Source: Gemmatimonadaceae bacterium
GTDB lineage: Bacteria > Gemmatimonadota > Gemmatimonadetes > Gemmatimonadales > Gemmatimonadaceae
Reading direction: 5' to 3'
Assembly (NCBI GenBank): GCA_051859245.1
Contig: JBHYGA010000005.1
Coordinates: 814,953-846,952, forward strand
Length of the DNA stretch: 32,000 bases
Numbering within the stretch: the first letter of the stretch is position 1; every line of letters starts with the position of its first letter. This document shows, piece after piece, positions 27,220-32,000 of the stretch. A model generated the notes under the pieces. The model did not search any database. It was not told the origin of the DNA and worked only from the letters and a program-made list of their open reading frames with translations. The position numbers and the translations under genes are program-made.

Positions 27220-27585
27220 ATGCCGACTTACGAGTTTCGTTGTCCCGACGGCACGATCGTCGAAAAGTTCTTCAAAATCTCCGAAGTGCCAGACACTATT
27301 CCGTCGCCCAAGGGCGACGGCGACGCGGTGCGCATGATCACCGGCGGCGCGGGTCTCGTGTTCAAGGGCTCCGGCTTTTACATCACGGATTACGGCAAGG
27401 ACGGCAAGAAGGATCAGCGCGCCGCGCCGTCGACCACCAAGTCGGAGAGCGCGAGCTCGTTGTCGACGTCATCCGACGCGGCGCCTGCGGCCAAGTCTGA
27501 TGCGAAGTCCGCGAGTGACTCCACGCCCAAGAGTGACAAGCCGGCCGCCGCAAGCACGCCGGCCACGCCGCCCAAAAAGGACTGA
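27220..27585 (+). CDS. FmdB-family-like small protein with degenerate zinc ribbon and Ser/Ala/Lys-rich tail
   Basis: MPTYEFRC ... VFKGSGFYITDYGK matches the ends of the FmdB/CxxC_CxxC_SSSS family. Only one of the four expected Cys remains (CPDG and PSPKGDG replace the CxxC knuckles). The C-terminal ~55 residues are low complexity. Confidence 0.65.
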   Translation: MPTYEFRCPDGTIVEKFFKISEVPDTIPSPKGDGDAVRMITGGAGLVFKGSGFYITDYGKDGKKDQRAAPSTTKSESASSLSTSSDAAPAAKSDAKSASDSTPKSDKPAAASTPATPPKKD

Positions 27586-27588
27586 CCC

Positions 27589-29241
27589 TTGAATCAAGCT
27601 GAAGCGCTGCGCGCCGAAATCGCGCGCGCCGCGCGTACACTCGGTGCGCCACCTGATGTCGTGCCGCATCTCGAACGTCCGCGCGATCCGTCGTTCGGCG
27701 ATTGGGCCACCAATGTGGCCATGACGCTCACCAAGCCGCTCGCGCGCAAGCCGCGTGACGTGGCCGAAGCGCTGATCGCGGCCATGGACTTGACCAGCGT
27801 AGGCGCCACGGCCGCGGAAATCGCCGGACCTGGTTTCATCAACTTTCGCCTCGATCCAGGCTTTCAGGCCCGCGGACTGCTGCAGATTCTTGCCGCCCCC
27901 GAACAGTGGGGACGCAGCAACGTGGGGCAGGGCGCCAACGCGTGCGTGGAGTTTGTGTCGGCGAACCCCACCGGCCCGCTGCACGTCGGACACGGTCGGC
28001 AGGCCGCGCTTGGCGACGCGATCAGTGCGTTGCTTGAAGCCACCGGCTGGAATGTGTCGCGCGAGTTTTACTACAACGATGGCGGCGTACAGATCTCGAA
28101 TCTTGCACTGAGTGTGCAGGCGCGCGTACGTGAACTCGCCGGCCACGAGGCGGCGATTCCCGAGGGCGGATATCACGGTGAGTACATCCGTGAAATCGCG
28201 TCGAACTACGTGGCGCAACATCCGCAGGATCGTGAAGGCAACGATCTGAACGCGTTGCGTGTGTTCGCCGTGGCCGCGCTCCGTCACGAGCAGGATCTTG
28301 ATCTGCAAGCTTTTGGTGTGAAGTTCGACACGTACTATCTCGAAAGCTCGCTCTACACCGATGGTCGTGTTGACAGCACCGTGAAAGCGCTGCAGGCAAG
28401 TGGTCACACGTACGAAGAAGAAGGCGCGTTGTTCTTGCGCACCACCACGTTTGGCGATGACAAAGACCGCGTGATGAAAAAGAGCGCGGCCAAGGGCGGC
28501 GACTACACGTACTTTGTGCCGGACGTGGCGTACCACGTGACCAAGTGGGAGCGCGGATACACGCGCGCCATCAATGTGCAGGGTGCCGACCACCACAGCA
28601 CCACCACGCGCGTGCGCGCAGGCCTGCAAGCGCTTGAGATCGGCATTCCACACGGGTATCCGGAGTATGTGCTGCACCAGATGGTCACGGTGGTGCGTGG
28701 CGGAGAAGAAGTGAAAATCTCCAAGCGCGCCGGATCGTACGTGACGGTGCGCGATCTGATTGATGATGTGGGCCGCGATGCCGTGCGCTATTTCTTTCTC
28801 ATGCGCAAAGGTGATTCACAGCTGGTGTTCGATGTGGATCTCGCGCGTTCGCAGAGCGAAGAAAACCCCGTGTATTACATCCAGATGGCGCACGCGCGTA
28901 TGTGCGGCATCTTCCGCGTTGGGGAAATCGACGCCACCACGATCACGGGCGCCAACGTCGATCTCGGTGTGCTCTCGGAGCCCGCCGAAGTGGAGTTGGT
29001 GAAAGCCCTGCTCGACTATCCCGCGTTGCTCGTGGGCGCTGCCGATGCGGCCGAACCGCATCGTGTGGCCGCCTGGCTGCTTGAGACGGCGCGCCTCGCG
29101 CATTTGTGGTATCACAAGCATCACGTCCTCGGCGAACCCGAGGCAATCACCCAGGCGCGCCTTGTTCTTGCGCGCGCCACGCAGCTCGGCCTCGCTGCCG
29201 GCCTGCGCCTACTTGGCCTTACCGCTCCGGAGCGGATGTGA
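27589..29241 (+). CDS. argS: Arginine--tRNA ligase
   Basis: Class I HIGH motif (ANPTGPLHVGHGR), a KMSKS-equivalent ISKRAG, and a DALR anticodon-binding C-terminus ending in M. TTG start 3 nt after the upstream stop. Confidence 0.9.
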   Translation: MNQAEALRAEIARAARTLGAPPDVVPHLERPRDPSFGDWATNVAMTLTKPLARKPRDVAEALIAAMDLTSVGATAAEIAGPGFINFRLDPGFQARGLLQILAAPEQWGRSNVGQGANACVEFVSANPTGPLHVGHGRQAALGDAISALLEATGWNVSREFYYNDGGVQISNLALSVQARVRELAGHEAAIPEGGYHGEYIREIASNYVAQHPQDREGNDLNALRVFAVAALRHEQDLDLQAFGVKFDTYYLESSLYTDGRVDSTVKALQASGHTYEEEGALFLRTTTFGDDKDRVMKKSAAKGGDYTYFVPDVAYHVTKWERGYTRAINVQGADHHSTTTRVRAGLQALEIGIPHGYPEYVLHQMVTVVRGGEEVKISKRAGSYVTVRDLIDDVGRDAVRYFFLMRKGDSQLVFDVDLARSQSEENPVYYIQMAHARMCGIFRVGEIDATTITGANVDLGVLSEPAEVELVKALLDYPALLVGAADAAEPHRVAAWLLETARLAHLWYHKHHVLGEPEAITQARLVLARATQLGLAAGLRLLGLTAPERM

Positions 29242-30224
29242 ACTCGCCTGCACACCATGATCGTCCCGCCGACGCACCGCTCGTTCATGCGGTGCATGAG
29301 GCGGCAGCCAAAGTGTTGGTGGTGGGTTCCGTCGCACTCGATTCCGTTGAGACACCGTTCGGTAAAGCCGACGATGTGTTAGGTGGCTCCGGTACGTATT
29401 TCGCGTCGAGTGCGTCCCACTTTGCGCCGGTGCAAGTGGTCGGTGTGGTCGGTGACGACTATCCGGTTGAAAAACTCGAGCCGCTACGCGAACGCGGCGT
29501 AGACTTTGCCGGACTCGAACGTGCCAGTGGCTCCAGCTTTCGCTGGCGCGGCCGCTATCGCCACGATCTCAACTCGGCCGAAACGCTAGAAACACACCTG
29601 GGTGTGTTTTCGCACTTCGCGCCAAAGATTCCTGAGCAGTTTCGAAACGCACCGTTTGTCTTTCTCGCGAATATCGATCCGCGATTGCAGTTGCAGGTGC
29701 TTGACCAAGTCACGGCGCCCAAGCTGGTTGCGTGCGACACCATGAACTTCTGGATTGAAAGCCGTCGCCCGGAGCTGATCGAACTGCTCGGTCGCGTAGA
29801 TCTGATCACGCTCAACGATGGCGAAGTGCGACAGCTCACGGAAAAATCCAACCTGGTGCACGGTGCCAAGTGGATTCTCGATCGTGGCCCCAGGCATGTG
29901 ATTATCAAGAAGGGTGAGCACGGCGCGTTCATGTTCACGAAGGAGTCGGTGTTCTTCGCGCCCGCGTATCCGCTGGAAAGTGTGTTCGATCCCACGGGCG
30001 CCGGCGACTCGTTCGCGGGCGGCTTCATTGGTCATCTCGCGAGTACCAATGATTTGAGCGACCTGTCCATGCGCCGCGCTGTCGTGGTGGGTTCGGCCAT
30101 GGGATCCTTCGCCGTGGAAAAGTTCTCCAACGCGCGTCTGCTCGAAATTGGCCACGACGATATCGAACGCCGCGTGCAGGAGTTCCGTCAGCTTGTGGCG
30201 TTTGACGCGGAGCTGCGCACGTGA
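29238..30224 (+). CDS. PfkB-family carbohydrate/nucleoside kinase
   Basis: N-terminal VLVVGSVALD ... GGSGTYFA and PfkB signature DPTGAGDSFAGGF. The GTG at 29238 overlaps the argS stop (GTGA). The listed ORF start at 29106 lies inside argS. Confidence 0.75.
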   Translation: MNSPAHHDRPADAPLVHAVHEAAAKVLVVGSVALDSVETPFGKADDVLGGSGTYFASSASHFAPVQVVGVVGDDYPVEKLEPLRERGVDFAGLERASGSSFRWRGRYRHDLNSAETLETHLGVFSHFAPKIPEQFRNAPFVFLANIDPRLQLQVLDQVTAPKLVACDTMNFWIESRRPELIELLGRVDLITLNDGEVRQLTEKSNLVHGAKWILDRGPRHVIIKKGEHGAFMFTKESVFFAPAYPLESVFDPTGAGDSFAGGFIGHLASTNDLSDLSMRRAVVVGSAMGSFAVEKFSNARLLEIGHDDIERRVQEFRQLVAFDAELRT

Positions 30225-31285
30225 CAGCGCCTGACCACACATCGCCTGACGATGCGCTGACCTACGCCAGTGCCGGCGTTGACATTGACGCGGCCGAAGA
30301 TTCCAAGTGGCGTTTGAAGAAGCTCGTGGAATCCACCATGACGGCCGGCGCGCGCGGTGCGTTTGGCGGATTCGGCGGCATGTTTCGCGTGCCTACGGAT
30401 AGCGCCAAGCCCACACTGGTGGCCAGCGCGGATGGTGTGGGCACCAAGATCAAGGTGGCGGTTGAAGCAGATCGTCACGATACGATTGGCCACTGCCTGG
30501 TGAACCACTGCACGAACGACATTCTGGTGCAGGGCGCCACACCGCTGTTCTTCCTCGACTACGTCGCGTTTGGCAAACTGATCCCATCAGTTGTTGAAGC
30601 AGTCGTTGCAGGAGTTGCCGCCGGCTGCCGTGAAAATGGTGCCGCGTTGATTGGCGGCGAAACGGCAGAAATGCCCGGCGTGTACACCGCGCCCGACTAC
30701 GACCTTGCCGGATTCATTGTGGGCATCGTTGATGAAGACGCGGTGCTTGGCAGCGAGCGGGTGCGCGCCGGACAGGTGCTGGTTGGTCTGGAAAGCAACG
30801 GCCTGCACACCAATGGCTACTCACTCGCTCGTCGCATCGTTGCCGATCGACTCAAGCTCGGCGTGCATGACGTGTTTCCAGATAGCGATGGCCTGAGCGT
30901 GGCCGATGTGTTGCTCAAGGTGCATCGCTCGTATCTGCCGCTCATGCGACCGTTGTTACCGCACGTGTGTGCGATGGCTCACATTACCGGCGGCGGATTG
31001 CCGGGCAATTTGAATCGCGCGCTTCCCAGCAACTGTGATGCGTTTGTTGACACCAGCACATGGACCGTGCCAGCCGAGTTCCGGGTATTGGCTGAAGCGG
31101 GACGGGTGTCGAAGGACGAGATGTTCCGCGCCTTTAACATGGGAGTGGGCATGGTTGTGATCGTGGAAGCCGAGAACGTATCGCGCGTGATTGACGCGGC
31201 GAACGCGCAGGGAATTCGTGGCTGGGTAATGGGTGGTGTTGCGCCTGGTACTGGCGTAGTGCGGCTCGATCGGTCGGTCGCGTGA
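30221..31285 (+). CDS. purM: Phosphoribosylformylglycinamidine cyclo-ligase (AIR synthetase)
   Basis: LTYASAGVDIDA, ADGVGTKIKVA, NDILVQGA and GGETAEMPGVY are typical PurM blocks. The GTG start overlaps the PfkB stop (GTGA). Confidence 0.9.
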   Translation: MTAPDHTSPDDALTYASAGVDIDAAEDSKWRLKKLVESTMTAGARGAFGGFGGMFRVPTDSAKPTLVASADGVGTKIKVAVEADRHDTIGHCLVNHCTNDILVQGATPLFFLDYVAFGKLIPSVVEAVVAGVAAGCRENGAALIGGETAEMPGVYTAPDYDLAGFIVGIVDEDAVLGSERVRAGQVLVGLESNGLHTNGYSLARRIVADRLKLGVHDVFPDSDGLSVADVLLKVHRSYLPLMRPLLPHVCAMAHITGGGLPGNLNRALPSNCDAFVDTSTWTVPAEFRVLAEAGRVSKDEMFRAFNMGVGMVVIVEAENVSRVIDAANAQGIRGWVMGGVAPGTGVVRLDRSVA

Positions 31286-32000
31286 TGCGCGCGCGTCGCG
31301 CGGGTACAAGCGCAACCGCGGTTGTACGGACTGCTGCGCTCCTCGCAGTCTTGAGCGGTGCGGTGCAGGTACCGTCGCTCCGCGCGCAAGCCACACCGCA
31401 GTGCACGGTCACCAGCACACCGGCCGGTTTGCCGAACGGTTTCGCGCAGGATCCGTGCGTGAAAGCGAACGATCTGTTTCTGTTTCTCGCGCCACAGGTT
31501 GGGGTCGCGCTGTCCGGCGGCAATCCGATGGTGGGCGAAGGTGGATCGCTGGGCGGTTGGGGACGTCGCTCGTTCGCGCTGCGTGTGAGCGCCGTAGACG
31601 GACGCGTGCCTGAGAATACCGTACCACTCTCGCTGTTGCCGGCATCGAGCGATTTCGGCGCGCAGCGCGCGCCGATACCCGTTCCCAGCGTGGATGCCGC
31701 GATCGGAATCTTTCGCGGCGTTCCGTTTGGTCTCACGAATATCGGTGGAGTGGACGTGCTCGTCGGAGCAACGCTGCTGCCAAACGTGACGAAGGATGAG
31801 TTCACGGTAGAAGCAGATGGCGGCGGCGTTGCCATCAACTACGGCGTGCGCGTTGGGTTGCTGCAGGAGTCAGCGGCCGTGCCGGGAGTTGGCGTCTCGG
31901 TTATGCGTCGTCGTTTACCAACCACCAGCATTTCGTACCGCACCAACAATGACACGTTGAGCGTGCTGGATACGCGCGTGTCCTCCACTGTGATTCGCCT
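31285..32000 (+). CDS. Secreted hypothetical protein (3' end outside window)
   Basis: This ORF is not in the supplied track because it has no stop in the window. The ATG at 31285 overlaps the purM stop (TGATG). My translation gives MRARRAGTSATAVVRTAALLAVLSGAVQVPSLRAQA, a signal peptide, followed by an open frame to base 32000 with high GC3. Confidence 0.55.
   Translation, partial: MRARRAGTSATAVVRTAALLAVLSGAVQVPSLRAQATPQCTVTSTPAGLPNGFAQDPCVKANDLFLFLAPQVGVALSGGNPMVGEGGSLGGWGRRSFALRVSAVDGRVPENTVPLSLLPASSDFGAQRAPIPVPSVDAAIGIFRGVPFGLTNIGGVDVLVGATLLPNVTKDEFTVEADGGGVAINYGVRVGLLQESAAVPGVGVSVMRRRLPTTSISYRTNNDTLSVLDTRVSSTVIR

Noticed and set aside
27469-28677. 402-aa ORF on the minus strand
   Set aside because: It is entirely antisense to argS, which has clear class-I synthetase motifs. 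The translation is Arg/Gly/His-rich with no recognisable domain, typical of a shadow frame in GC-rich DNA.
29586-30242. 218-aa minus-strand ORF
   Set aside because: It is antisense to the PfkB kinase gene, which has the DPTGAGD signature. No independent support exists.
1-32000. Search for tRNA, rRNA, riboswitch or CRISPR features
   Set aside because: Intergenic regions are all about 125 bp or shorter. None shows cloverleaf-compatible structure, rRNA-like sequence or short spaced repeats that I could see by eye.

Overview
High-GC, densely coding bacterial chromosomal window. I call 24 protein-coding genes and find no rRNA, tRNA, CRISPR array, transposase or integrase. The protein style (CBM9-like/DUF5916 outer-membrane protein, TspO, many GTG/TTG starts) loosely suggests Gemmatimonadota, but I cannot verify that. 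Recognisable genes in order: a hybrid histidine kinase/receiver (5' end cut by the window), miaB, a lipoprotein, comEC, a small HExxH protein, fbp, gltB (minus strand), a Tat-signal class-V PLP enzyme, tspO, then a tightly packed plus-strand run of Ser/Thr kinase, Baeyer-Villiger monooxygenase, family-IV esterase and acyl-CoA mutase large subunit. The 3' end holds an FmdB-like protein, argS, a PfkB kinase, purM and a secreted protein running off the window. The most unusual content lies at 19.6-27.2 kb. Four full-length paralogs of a protein I cannot assign to any family sit there: one directly after the mutase gene and three in strict head-to-tail tandem with 3-nt spacers. Each has an N-terminal CxxC...CxxC zinc-ribbon module, a Gly/Ala-rich hydrophobic segment, a divergent central region and a near-invariant acidic C-terminal helix (ALEMxLHEEDERRAMAGEL...). 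A predicted outer-membrane protein and a secreted S51 (cyanophycinase-like) peptidase sit between the first copy and the tandem trio. Codon comparison of two copies shows many synonymous and few replacement differences in the conserved ends. That indicates real genes under purifying selection, not a recent repeat or a GC artefact. Many long antisense ORFs in the supplied track are rejected as GC-rich shadow frames.
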